From a virus (Duplodnaviria > Caudoviricetes), in IMG/VR virus record IMGVR_UViG_3300002895_000002, positions 32,001 through 96,000 of that record: a stretch of DNA of 64,000 nt; one strand, given 5' to 3'. Below the pieces are notes generated by a model. The model was not told the DNA's origin. It saw nothing but the letters and a program-made list of their open reading frames with translations, and searched no databases. A program made the translations under genes and the position numbers. Below, in pieces: positions 1-8,967 of the stretch (the first letter of the stretch is position 1; every line of letters starts with the position of its first letter).

Positions 1-18
1 CGATAGCAATAAAAAGTA

Positions 19-48
19 TTGACATGTAACCCCCCTTTCCTGTATTAT
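19..48 (+). promoter_or_regulatory. sigma70-type promoter
   Basis: TTGACA(19-24)-18 nt-TATTAT with TG extension, upstream of the ligase. Confidence 0.75.
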
Positions 49-77
49 GGAAACATAATATGCGAAAGGGGTTTACA

Positions 78-1883
78 ATGATTGAATCACTGAAGAAAGA
101 TATTGAAAGACTGAACCGGGCATACCGTAATGGTGACCCTATCGTTTCCGATACTGAGTATGATGACATGCTCGATGAGCTGAAGAACCGTATGGGCAAC
201 GATGCAGAGTTCGAAGCCTTCCGTGCCACCCTTGCCGATACCACTGACGGTAAAGACATCAAACACCTGACAGTCATCGGCTCCCTTGATAAGGTCAAGG
301 CCGAAGACAAGGTCCTCCCTGAAGTTCTCAAAAAGATTTGCCCTTCCAAACGTGCTACCATCATGCCGAAAGTAGATGGGATGTCCTTCGTTGCCACCTA
401 CAAGAAAGGCCGACTCGTCCAGGTAGCATCACGTGGCGATGGTTATGTCGGTGAAGACATGACCGCCAAGGCACGCTTCATCCTCCCTGCTGAAATCAAC
501 TGTACCAAACCTCATCGCGAGTTCCGCGGGGAGTTCACACTGACCGGTGATGATCATCTGAAACTTGGCTATAAGAACCGCCGCAATGGAACGGTCGGTG
601 TCATGAAGGCCAAGACTTGGGACTCCAAAGATGTCCGCCTGGTGAAAGGTATAGTTTACCAGGAGATCACTTCTACCGAATCCCGTAGCGGGCAGATAGT
701 AAATGCTCAACGGCTCGGTTTCAAGACCGTTTGTGCTTACAGTGACAACATCTCTCTGTTGAATGATGAGAATGTGGTCGAGCTCCTGAAGAAATGGCGG
801 AGTGAACTTGAGTACGACATTGACGGCTTGGTGATCTGTGATGAGCAGTACGTGGCAGAGACCGACCAGTTCATCCCGAAGGGAATGTTCGCCTACAAAG
901 TGAATGATCAAGTAGCGGTTGCCAAGTTCAGAGGCATTGAGTGGAATACCAGCAAGAACGGCTTGGTCAAGCCGGTGGTTCTCATCGAGCCGGCTGAACT
1001 GTGTGGTGTTACTGTAAACCGGGTATCTGGATACAACGCAAGGAACATCATCGACAGCAAAATCGGTGAGGGTGCTGAGCTGGAGATTGTCAGAAGTGGC
1101 GATGTCATCCCAAAGATTCTCCGGGTCCTAAAGCCGGGCAAAGTGGAGTACCCTGAGAACTGCCCGTCATGTGGAGAGCAACTCGGGCTGGGTGATGTGG
1201 ACCTAGTGTGCACTAACGAGAACTGTGGTGCGATGGGAGTGATGAAGGTTGAGTCATTCATCAAGGCCCTCGAGATTGAGAACGCATCAGCTAAGAGCTT
1301 CGAGAAGTGGGGAATCACTACCATGGACGAACTGCTCGCATGGAAGCCCAGCAAAGGCAAAGCAGAGATTGGCTTCAATGATGAACTGAACAAGAAATTG
1401 TTCACTAAGAAACCATTCAATCTCCTGGCCGCGATGAACTGGAACGGTGCAGCAGGGACCAAGACTGCGCTGCTTATTCTTAATCACTACGGTGATTCGC
1501 TTGCAAAAGGAACATGGCGGTCAAAAGAGTTCCCGGCTGGAGTGGGCGAGCGGACGATGGAAGTCTTTATGGACTGCTGGGATGAGAATGTTCGGATCCT
1601 TGATTTGATCGTCATGGATGAGCGGTATAAACCGGTTGAAGAAGAGGTGAAGGAAGTAAAGCAGAGCGGTATCACTGGGAAAAGCTTCTGCATAACGGGT
1701 ACCCTGAGCAAACCCAGGAAGCACTTCGAGACCCTCGTCACGGATAACGGCGGTACCCTAGGTTCGGTGAGTAAGAACCTGGACTTCCTCATCGTCGGTG
1801 CTGATGCTGGGAGCAAGGAAGACAAGGCCAAGAAGCTCGGCATCAAGATCATCAGTGAGCAAGAGTTTCTGTCCATGATCTAA
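78..1883 (+). CDS. ligA: NAD-dependent DNA ligase
   Basis: SDTEYD N-terminal motif, KVDG adenylation motif, TRGDG-like SRGDG, RSGDVIP OB fold, Cys4 zinc finger CPSC...CTNENC, C-terminal BRCT (FCITGTL...GSVSKNLDFLIVG). ORF opens at 60; the SD-like AAGGGG favours ATG 78. Confidence 0.97.
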   Translation: MIESLKKDIERLNRAYRNGDPIVSDTEYDDMLDELKNRMGNDAEFEAFRATLADTTDGKDIKHLTVIGSLDKVKAEDKVLPEVLKKICPSKRATIMPKVDGMSFVATYKKGRLVQVASRGDGYVGEDMTAKARFILPAEINCTKPHREFRGEFTLTGDDHLKLGYKNRRNGTVGVMKAKTWDSKDVRLVKGIVYQEITSTESRSGQIVNAQRLGFKTVCAYSDNISLLNDENVVELLKKWRSELEYDIDGLVICDEQYVAETDQFIPKGMFAYKVNDQVAVAKFRGIEWNTSKNGLVKPVVLIEPAELCGVTVNRVSGYNARNIIDSKIGEGAELEIVRSGDVIPKILRVLKPGKVEYPENCPSCGEQLGLGDVDLVCTNENCGAMGVMKVESFIKALEIENASAKSFEKWGITTMDELLAWKPSKGKAEIGFNDELNKKLFTKKPFNLLAAMNWNGAAGTKTALLILNHYGDSLAKGTWRSKEFPAGVGERTMEVFMDCWDENVRILDLIVMDERYKPVEEEVKEVKQSGITGKSFCITGTLSKPRKHFETLVTDNGGTLGSVSKNLDFLIVGADAGSKEDKAKKLGIKIISEQEFLSMI

Positions 1884-1884
1884 T

Positions 1885-1912
1885 TTGACATTCAAGATAA
1901 AGGTGTTATGTT
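1885..1912 (+). promoter_or_regulatory. sigma70-type promoter, predicted leaderless start at ATG 1919
   Basis: TTGACA(1885)-TG-TATGTT(1907-1912); +7 nt falls on the A of ATG 1919; no SD present. Confidence 0.55.
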
Positions 1913-1918
1913 ATAGAC

Positions 1919-2947
1919 ATGCATTGTACCTATACAACCCATATCAAGGTTAATCGAACAGATATTGATAATGTCAAAGAAATTTTGGCTAAAGGTATCT
2001 GTTCTGCTACTCTCCGAGACATCAAAGGGAAACACCTTACCTATATCATCGAATCAGGAAGGATTGATACCCTCCATAAAATAGCAGAAATTTTAACCTC
2101 AAAAGGGATTCCTGCTACATATAATCCCAAAGGTTCGGGTTCATCTGTTGGACGGGTGGAGGGCGTTGGTTTTGTTATCTTTGTCCGGCCAAAAAACCTT
2201 CGTTTTGGTGAGTCAGCGAACTCTCTCAATGAGAAACATCTTTTTGATGAAATCCAAAGAATTTCGTCGCCAGATCATCCTGTTGATGTTATATTCGATT
2301 CAGAGGATAAGAAGTTTGAAGTGACTGGTGTTATTGGGGCTGTTCAGTGTAATACCAAAACAAAAAACGCAAAAGGGCAGGCACTCAAAGCAGATGTAAC
2401 CATCAAGACAGTTAATGGGGATGTGCCCATATCAATCAAGTTTGATAATGCTGATTTTTATGCTTCAATCAGTAATGACGAAGATGAGGTTTCAAAGATA
2501 GCGGAACGAGTCATTGAATGGATAAGAAAAACAAATCCTGGAATTATCAAACAAAACCGGGATCTGTTTTCAATGTTTGGAACCGGTGTGATTGCGATTG
2601 AAGTTGACAAAGCATTGATTGTTGACTACATGTTTGGTGCTGACATTCTCAATGGTGGGGCTATTCTGTTCTATAACTATCACGATGAACGTTCAAAGAT
2701 GCACAATGTCCCAGACAAAAAATCAACATACAAGATGCATGTGAAGGATATCATAAGAAATGTTGATGATATAAATAAAGAAGGACTAGGCCTAGATTAT
2801 CCGGTTTTGACGATCCTAAATCATTCCCGAAAAAGGCTGGGTAAATACAAAGGGTTGAATCTTCGGTTAGCAACAAAACGACGAGCAAGGTCAGCAAAGT
2901 TCTGGTTTACATATCACAACGGAAATCTCTCCATTAAAAAGGAATAG
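1919..2947 (+). CDS. hypothetical protein, possible PD-(D/E)xK restriction-like nuclease
   Basis: 342-aa AT-rich ORF containing KADVTIKTVNGDVPISIK, which fits a D-x(n)-[DES]xK pattern. Confidence 0.5.
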   Translation: MHCTYTTHIKVNRTDIDNVKEILAKGICSATLRDIKGKHLTYIIESGRIDTLHKIAEILTSKGIPATYNPKGSGSSVGRVEGVGFVIFVRPKNLRFGESANSLNEKHLFDEIQRISSPDHPVDVIFDSEDKKFEVTGVIGAVQCNTKTKNAKGQALKADVTIKTVNGDVPISIKFDNADFYASISNDEDEVSKIAERVIEWIRKTNPGIIKQNRDLFSMFGTGVIAIEVDKALIVDYMFGADILNGGAILFYNYHDERSKMHNVPDKKSTYKMHVKDIIRNVDDINKEGLGLDYPVLTILNHSRKRLGKYKGLNLRLATKRRARSAKFWFTYHNGNLSIKKE

Positions 2948-2959
2948 AGGACAAAGATA

Positions 2960-3294
2960 ATGAATCAAAAATTTGTTTTAATGATCGAAGAGGCAGGAAT
3001 AGAAGATCATTCTAAAATCCACGAATTTCTCTCAAAAATTCACCCAAGACAAAACTCGAAGTCAATAAAACAGGAAGGATTCTGACTGTTACTGGACCTC
3101 ACGGAACTGCGGTTGTTCAGAAGGGTGCCGGGGACGGTAAGTGGCGTGCTCGCTGAGGTGAAGGGAACGTTGATGAAGTAGCATCTGCTCATAGTGGTGT
3201 TGAGCATGTTCTCGACTGGGTTGACAAGGATTATGGTCAGACAAAATTCAAAAAGCAATCAGCAGTAGCTGCCGAAGGAGAAGATGATGAATAA
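2960..3294 (+). pseudogene. frameshifted small protein with internal-protein-like N-terminus
   Basis: MNQKFVLMIEEAG... continues across frames at the A-run 3051-3054 and G-run ~3130 (KLEVNKTGRILTV...; NVDEVASAHSGVEHVLDW...). Confidence 0.45.
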
Positions 3295-3742
3295 TTTCAA
3301 AAAGATTCTTGAAGAAACATACACCGATCCGGAGTATACTGCACACCGCAATGCTCTCGATCGGATCAGAAACAAACTGGGTCTTCATTCGGGCGAAACT
3401 ATTCGTGTTCCCCTGGTAAAGAAGACTGGAGCGAATGATCATCCGATCGGTTTTGCTCCGACCTCAGATGTCTACAAGGCCAAAGAGGTTGAAATCACAC
3501 CAACCGACATCAAGTACACCGGCCGGGACTATCGTGGGTATTCCCTCCAAGCTCATAACTGGGAAGACCATCTCGACCTTGATGCTATGAAGGGTCATGT
3601 TGAAACCAAGCGTTCTGAAAATGCCGAAAGGATCAAGAAGGCGAAAGAGCACAGCAACAAACCGTCCCAACATGACATGGAAGCCCATGCTTTAAAGCAT
3701 TATTATGGAAATGATACTGCTGCCTTTACGAAAGGAACCTGA
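3284..3742 (+). CDS. hypothetical, putative internal head protein
   Basis: SD GGAG; N-terminus MMNNFKKILEE resembles a T4 capsid-targeting sequence. Confidence 0.75.
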   Translation: MMNNFKKILEETYTDPEYTAHRNALDRIRNKLGLHSGETIRVPLVKKTGANDHPIGFAPTSDVYKAKEVEITPTDIKYTGRDYRGYSLQAHNWEDHLDLDAMKGHVETKRSENAERIKKAKEHSNKPSQHDMEAHALKHYYGNDTAAFTKGT

Positions 3743-4131
3743 TGAGATCCTTCAAACAACACCTGAATGAAGACATCAAAACATCGAGAGCTGATGTTGA
3801 TGTATTGGATGGTTGGCATAAGTTCCCGGGCAAAGTAACTATGATTCACCCCGCCCCCGAAGGTGAGAAAGGTCATGGTGATTATGCAGTCCAGAAAGTT
3901 GAAGGCTCCGCTCAACATGGACAACACGCTTTGTATTACAAGGTCAATGACCCTAATGCAGAAGGTGGGAAGGGGTTCCGGTGGGAGTTGACTGCGATTA
4001 GACCAACCGTTGGAGAGCTCAAGAAGCATGTCCAATCACATTACGATATCCGGAAAAGGACTGGTTTTGAGCACCCGAAGTTTGAGAACTCTGCTGTTAT
4101 TCCTAATCACAAGAAATCCGGAAATCTTTAA
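3742..4131 (+). CDS. hypothetical, putative internal head protein
   Basis: TGATG coupling; N-terminus MRSFKQHLNE. Confidence 0.75.
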   Translation: MRSFKQHLNEDIKTSRADVDVLDGWHKFPGKVTMIHPAPEGEKGHGDYAVQKVEGSAQHGQHALYYKVNDPNAEGGKGFRWELTAIRPTVGELKKHVQSHYDIRKRTGFEHPKFENSAVIPNHKKSGNL

Positions 4132-4268
4132 TGTGGTCTTACCTTTGCAAGAAATGTGGGTCTAAGGACGATTGGATGTCAAAGCCAATCGCTCGTTGCC
4201 CGAAGTGTGGGTCTACTGTTTCATCACTGAGAACCAAAGCATCAGCAGGAAGACGACCACCTAGATGA
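4131..4268 (+). CDS. small zinc-ribbon protein (45 aa, absent from ORF track)
   Basis: TAATG coupling; MWSYLCKKCGSKDDWMSKPIARCPKCGS (CxxC...CPxC). Confidence 0.65.
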   Translation: MWSYLCKKCGSKDDWMSKPIARCPKCGSTVSSLRTKASAGRRPPR

Positions 4269-4789
4269 TTCGTTTCCGTGAATATCTTAATGAGGACACC
4301 TACCTGGATTCCATCAAGCCGAATGGATGGAAGAAAGGTGATCCTCTGATTGACATATACAAAAACCCATCCAAGACCGACATCGCCAAGATGAAGAAGG
4401 TTCGGTTCATTCTCGATGCTCAAACCAAGACCTGCTATATGTGGGACGCTTCGGTGATGCATTGGGACGCTACTCAAGTAATCAACAAACATGCGGACAT
4501 CCCTGAAGATATGATGGCTTCCAGCTTGTATGGCCTGCTTGACAAGGGGTGGCTTAGGTATTTCCTTGGCTCAAGGAGTGGGGATAAGGTCGAGTCTGAT
4601 ATCCTTGACTCGTTCTCTTTTGATGACTGGGCATGGAATCGAGGAGAGAAGGGCGAGGTGGAGAAGGCTAAGAAGCAGGTACAGAAGATAGCTGCGATGG
4701 ACTGGTCCTGGGCTTCCCGCTATGGGATCGATCCTGGCAAGATCAAGAAGATACTGGACGATCTGAAGCATGAGACCGAGAAACGATAA
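4265..4789 (+). CDS. hypothetical, putative internal head protein
   Basis: ATGA coupling; N-terminus MIRFREYLNE. Confidence 0.75.
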   Translation: MIRFREYLNEDTYLDSIKPNGWKKGDPLIDIYKNPSKTDIAKMKKVRFILDAQTKTCYMWDASVMHWDATQVINKHADIPEDMMASSLYGLLDKGWLRYFLGSRSGDKVESDILDSFSFDDWAWNRGEKGEVEKAKKQVQKIAAMDWSWASRYGIDPGKIKKILDDLKHETEKR

Positions 4790-4955
4790 CCTCATCGATA
4801 TGCTCGAACAAGTTTGGAATCACAAATCTGCGTTCGGGACTGACTATACAGCGATCCCGACTCCCGATGTAATTTCTACTCCTGAGAATGACCCCTCCTT
4901 GTCAAAAAATCCTATAAAGAAAAAGAAAAAACGGTTCAGAGACTTCGCTAAATAG
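4770..4955 (+). CDS. small basic hypothetical protein
   Basis: 61-aa ORF ending KKKKKRFRDFAK; start uncertain. Confidence 0.45.
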   Translation: MRPRNDNLIDMLEQVWNHKSAFGTDYTAIPTPDVISTPENDPSLSKNPIKKKKKRFRDFAK

Positions 4956-4973
4956 TTGCGGAGGAATGAATCA

Positions 4974-5651
4974 ATGACCATAAAGAATTTTATCACCTGC
5001 GACCTATCACTCAAGAGCTCGGGTCTCTGTTATTTCAGAGACGGCGAGCTTTTTGATTTTGAGGTCATTGACTCGCTCGAGCCAGCCGAGCCCGAGCTGG
5101 TCCTGATCGCAAACTCCACCAGGATCGTAGAGTTTGTTAAGAAATATGCGGAGGATCTTGATCTCATTGCTCTTGAACGGTTTGCCTTTATGGCCAAGAG
5201 CGGAGATAAAGATCGCTTGTGGGCTAATTGCTGGATGGCCCGGTGTGGTATTCGATCCAAGGGTATTACATCTCCATTCCGTGAAATCTCTGTCTCAACG
5301 TGGCGAGGGCCGCTGTTCGACAAATTTGAGAAGGATGGGGTAAAGCTCGCTGCTCAACAGCTCAAGACCTGCAAACTCAAGGGACTGAAAGGTGAGGCCA
5401 GGAAAGAGATGCTGGCCAAGAGGGAAAAGCTTGAGCGGCTCGCTGATATAAAATGGGCGACAGTGAAGAAGCTCCCAGGTGAGGTCCGGTGCCGGTTTGA
5501 GACCTACCTTGAGAAGAGGGAGCTCCCGGAAGAATGCATCTTTGACATCACTGACGCGTATTTTATTGGCCAGTATGTTCTGAGCGGGAAAGAGCCGGTG
5601 AAGAAGCCCCGGAAACCTCGAAAGGCAAAGAAGGGATCTCAAGAGGACTGA
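4974..5651 (+). CDS. RuvC-like Holliday junction resolvase
   Basis: RNase H-fold motifs FITCDLSLKSSG, IALERFAF, DITDAYFIG; SD GAGGA. Confidence 0.8.
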   Translation: MTIKNFITCDLSLKSSGLCYFRDGELFDFEVIDSLEPAEPELVLIANSTRIVEFVKKYAEDLDLIALERFAFMAKSGDKDRLWANCWMARCGIRSKGITSPFREISVSTWRGPLFDKFEKDGVKLAAQQLKTCKLKGLKGEARKEMLAKREKLERLADIKWATVKKLPGEVRCRFETYLEKRELPEECIFDITDAYFIGQYVLSGKEPVKKPRKPRKAKKGSQED

Positions 5652-5688
5652 ATGAATCCAAACGACTATTGAACCCTCGCCCCCATCT

Positions 5689-5731
5689 GCGATTTGAAGA
5701 TAACACAGATTTTCTGTGTTGTCAAATTCGC
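5689..5731. other. intergenic imperfect hairpin
   Basis: GCGA-TTTGA-(AGA)-TAACACAG/CTGTGTTG-TCAAA-(T)TCGC. Confidence 0.45.
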
Positions 5732-5780
5732 AACGTAAACCGCGGAAATCTCACGAAAGACGCCATCCGTCAAAAATAAC

Positions 5781-5809
5781 TTGACAGGTCGCGTCTTTTC
5801 TATTATACT
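5781..5809 (+). promoter_or_regulatory. sigma70-type promoter
   Basis: TTGACA-17-TATACT. Confidence 0.75.
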
Positions 5810-5921
5810 CGTATCATAACTTGATAAATTACCGCAGTGAATGTCCGAACCAACAGCAGATAATCAAAACGGGTCCTAGACCCAAATAGCATTGAAAAAG
5901 ACATCAAATCTGGAGGCAAGA

Positions 5922-7535
5922 ATGGGCCTGTCCTGGTTCACAGATGAAGAAGTAGTTCCCAAGAAGGAAGCCAAACAAAAAGCAGCGAAAGGTGAGGCTC
6001 CCCTTCGTAAGGACGACATCAAGGAGATGAACGATGTCGAGCACATCCTTCACCGGCCGACTATCTACATCGGTTCCGTCCTTGAAGAAGACATCGAGAC
6101 TTTCGTCTACGAAAATGGGCGGGTGGTGTCCAAGCCTGTGAAGCAGATTCCGGGTCTGTGTAAGATCATTGACGAGATCATAGACAACTCCGTTGACGAG
6201 GCGATCCGGACCAAATTCCAGTATGCCACGAAGATTGATGTAACCTTCAAAGATGGAACGGTAACGATCGAAGACAATGGTCGTGGTCTTCCCATCGAGC
6301 AACGGGAAGATGGCAAGTGGACCCCGGAAGTTATCTTTACCAAAACCAAATCCGGCTCTAACTTCAACGACGACGGCCGGGCTACGATGGGAATGAACGG
6401 GGTTGGCTCATCCCTCACTAACATTTTCTCAACCATCTTCAGTGTAGATACCGCCAACGGTGTCAAGCGGTTCCGTCAGACCTACGAAAATTCCATCTCG
6501 AAGATTGGGAAGCCGAAGATTGAGCCTGGCAAGAGCAACTACACCCAGGTTTCCTTCAGACCGAACTATGATTACTTCAAAGCGTCAGCTGAGACCATAT
6601 CCAACCTGCCGTTGTTGATCGAGAAACGGATCAGGAACCTGGCGTTTGCGTTCCCTGAAATCCAGTTCCGGTTCAACGGTCAGAAGATTGCAGGCGGAAA
6701 CCTCCGTCAGTTCCTGTCACAGATCCACGAGGTGTTTGAGTACAACGAAACAGATGACGCCAGGATTGGCGTGTTCTTCTCAGAAAATGATTTCCAGCAG
6801 ATCTCGTTCGTCAACGGTCTCGAGACCCGCCGGGGTGGTGTACACATCGACCAGATAATGAACAGGATCGTTGACTACCTGCGGGACTACCTGAAGAAGA
6901 AGCACAAGATCGAGGTCAAGCCGGCGGACATCAAGAGCAAGATCTTCCTGATGTTCTCGATGCGTATGACCAACGCCCAGTTTGATGGCCAAACCAAAGA
7001 ACGACTGATGAACAGCATCACTGAGTTCAAGGACACAATCGAGGGTGTGATAACTGAGAAGTTTCTCAAGACCATCGCCAAGAACGAAGAGATCATTGCT
7101 CCCATCGTTGAGTCCTACAAGCTCCAGCAGCAGGTCAAGGAGAACCTGGAGCTCAAGAAAATGTCCAAGGTGGCCAAGAAGGTCAAGGTGGACAAGTATT
7201 TCTCAGCTACCAACGAGCAACGGTATCTTATGTTGTGCGAAGGCGACTCAGCGGCAGGTGGATTGATGGCAGCTCTGGGTAGGGACCAGTTCTCTTACTT
7301 CGCCCTCCGTGGTGTACCCCTCAACGCTCACGAAGCTAAGGTCAGTAAGATCACTGACAACGAAGAGCTCAAGAACGTGGTGCAGATACTGAATCTGGAC
7401 CTCACTAAGGACTTCCAGGACATTCCTGAAGGCAGCTTATGGTTCGAAGTTGAACTTGACGGTGAGAAAATAGTAGTAAATGAAAACGATGAAGTATATG
7501 TCAATGGTAAATGGATAAAGGTAACAGAACTATGA
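5922..7535 (+). CDS. DNA topoisomerase II large subunit, N-terminal part (T4 gp39-like)
   Basis: GHKL ATPase motifs EIIDNSVDE, EDNGRGLP, GMNGVGSSLTN; TOPRIM start CEGDSA and LRGVPLN; lacks DxDG; SD GGAGG before ATG 5922. Confidence 0.95.
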   Translation: MGLSWFTDEEVVPKKEAKQKAAKGEAPLRKDDIKEMNDVEHILHRPTIYIGSVLEEDIETFVYENGRVVSKPVKQIPGLCKIIDEIIDNSVDEAIRTKFQYATKIDVTFKDGTVTIEDNGRGLPIEQREDGKWTPEVIFTKTKSGSNFNDDGRATMGMNGVGSSLTNIFSTIFSVDTANGVKRFRQTYENSISKIGKPKIEPGKSNYTQVSFRPNYDYFKASAETISNLPLLIEKRIRNLAFAFPEIQFRFNGQKIAGGNLRQFLSQIHEVFEYNETDDARIGVFFSENDFQQISFVNGLETRRGGVHIDQIMNRIVDYLRDYLKKKHKIEVKPADIKSKIFLMFSMRMTNAQFDGQTKERLMNSITEFKDTIEGVITEKFLKTIAKNEEIIAPIVESYKLQQQVKENLELKKMSKVAKKVKVDKYFSATNEQRYLMLCEGDSAAGGLMAALGRDQFSYFALRGVPLNAHEAKVSKITDNEELKNVVQILNLDLTKDFQDIPEGSLWFEVELDGEKIVVNENDEVYVNGKWIKVTEL

Positions 7536-7723
7536 ACAACGAACGTTATCTAGTATATGACCCTGATGGCAACTTCGTAAACATACTTGACCTGACTTCT
7601 ATTCTTCATGACCATGCCGCATATAAAAAGCAATGGAAAGAAAAACAACAATGGAAAACCTCGGGTATACATTCGTTGAAGACATCGCATAAAAAACCGT
7701 CTAAATCATGGTCACATTTATAA
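7532..7723 (+). CDS. small hypothetical protein inside the topoisomerase cassette
   Basis: ATGA overlap with the gp39-like stop; 63 codons. Confidence 0.4.
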   Translation: MNNERYLVYDPDGNFVNILDLTSILHDHAAYKKQWKEKQQWKTSGIHSLKTSHKKPSKSWSHL

Positions 7724-7726
7724 ATA
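7719..7726 (+). promoter_or_regulatory. T4-type late promoter
   Basis: TATAAATA directly upstream of the HEG SD (GGAGG 7732). Confidence 0.75.
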
Positions 7727-7744
7727 GACATGGAGGAAAAAACA

Positions 7745-8827
7745 ATGCCATGTCCATTCTGTAACCAAGAAGTCATCAGTGAAAAACCATTTCGTTGCGT
7801 AAATGATGAATGCCGTTCTAAAGTGTTGAACAAACAGTCTAAAGAGTACATCAAAGTAAAAAATGGTTGGACCGATGAACAGGTAAAAGAGTATCTGTCA
7901 TCTAAGACCAAAGCCGGCCATTCCAAACGAGACCATTCGGTAAACCCCAATAGTCGAGAAGCATGGCGGCGTAGAGGACTTTCTGAAGAAGAAATAGACA
8001 CCGTCATGAAAGCCAAAGGACAGAAAGTAAGTAAAACACGAAAAGAACTCGGTCTTGGACGTGGCGACTCAAATAGCATGTCCAAGAAAAAAATGCTTGA
8101 AAGTGGAATGAGTGCTGAAGATGTGGAACTGTTTACCAGATCGCGCATTCATTCTTGTCCTGAGTACTGGGAGAAACGTGGTTACGACCGCCAGCAGGCA
8201 GAAAAACTCGCGGCTGATGCTGGCAAAACTATCACAAAAGAAAAACTTGGAGAAGAAGGTTTCAAACTAGCAAAACACCGGATGTCTAAAGTTGGTAGGA
8301 TGGAAAAACTCATCAAAGAAGTCGGTATTGAAAACGCCGAGAACGAGTTCATAAAGCGTTACATCAAGAACTCCTATATAAAGGTCGGCCGTTCATCGAA
8401 ACATGCGATGCGGCTATTTCTTCCCATTTATAAAATGTTGCGAAAAAGTGGTATGACGAAAAAAGACTTCTTTATCGGAACACATAAACGAAATGAAATG
8501 TTCATTCGCGATGGTAATGACATATTCTTCTATGACTTCGTTATCAAACCACTAAACCTTATATTCGAGTTCAAAGGAACTCACGTTCATCCTTCGCCGA
8601 ACATGTCCATTGAAGAAAGAAATCAGTGGCGGCACGCGTATTCAAAATGCTCAGCCGACGAAGTAGATAAAAAAGATAATCGCAAAAAAATAGTTGCAGA
8701 AAGTAGAGGTTATGTGTTATATTATATCTACAGCAACAACACCGACGAGCATAACATTTCTGAAATGGAAAGGATCATCAAATGCAAGATGCAAGATGTA
8801 AAAAGAAACTCATTGACCCGAAGGTAG
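7745..8827 (+). mobile_element. free-standing homing endonuclease, Vsr/DUF559-like PD-(D/E)xK catalytic domain
   Basis: N-terminal CPFC...CVNDEC zinc motif; C-terminal FFYDFVIKPLNLIFEFKGTHVH; AT-rich; splits the topoisomerase gene. Confidence 0.8.
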
Positions 8828-8925
8828 CCAAGAACCTTTATCAGAAACGGCCCAATGTTCGCCGGTCAACCAACATGTCACATGAATGCGTCGTGTTCGC
8901 TTCCGACCAAGACCTAGATGGTTGA
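8782..8925 (+). CDS. gp60-like ORF1 (47 codons, pre-bypass segment of the topoisomerase TOPRIM C-part)
   Basis: SD AAGGA 8770-8774; MQDARCKKKLIDPKVAKNLYQKRPNVRRSTNMSHECVVFASDQDLDG-stop; not in ORF track. Confidence 0.9.
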   Translation: MQDARCKKKLIDPKVAKNLYQKRPNVRRSTNMSHECVVFASDQDLDG

Positions 8926-8967
8926 CCTTCGGGTCAACTATCGATCCAACCTAAAGAGTAAATCGGC
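8917..8967 (+). other. programmed ribosomal bypass (hopping) element, 45-nt coding gap
   Basis: GAT GGT TGA CC TTCG GG TCAAC TATC...AAAGAG TAAATC GGC; 11-bp hairpin with C(UUCG)G loop; stops at 8923 and 8959; the hop restores DxDGxHI. Confidence 0.88.

Noticed and set aside
5839-5921. N-terminal extension of the gp39-like gene by readthrough of TAG 5877
   Set aside because: ATG 5922 has a strong GGAGG SD and no conserved domain is missing.
7535-8967. Group I intron in the topoisomerase gene
   Set aside because: No recognisable P7 or other intron core, and the insert is almost filled by ORFs. Both halves carry extra terminal peptides, and the second half has its own SD and ATG, matching a split gene plus bypass.
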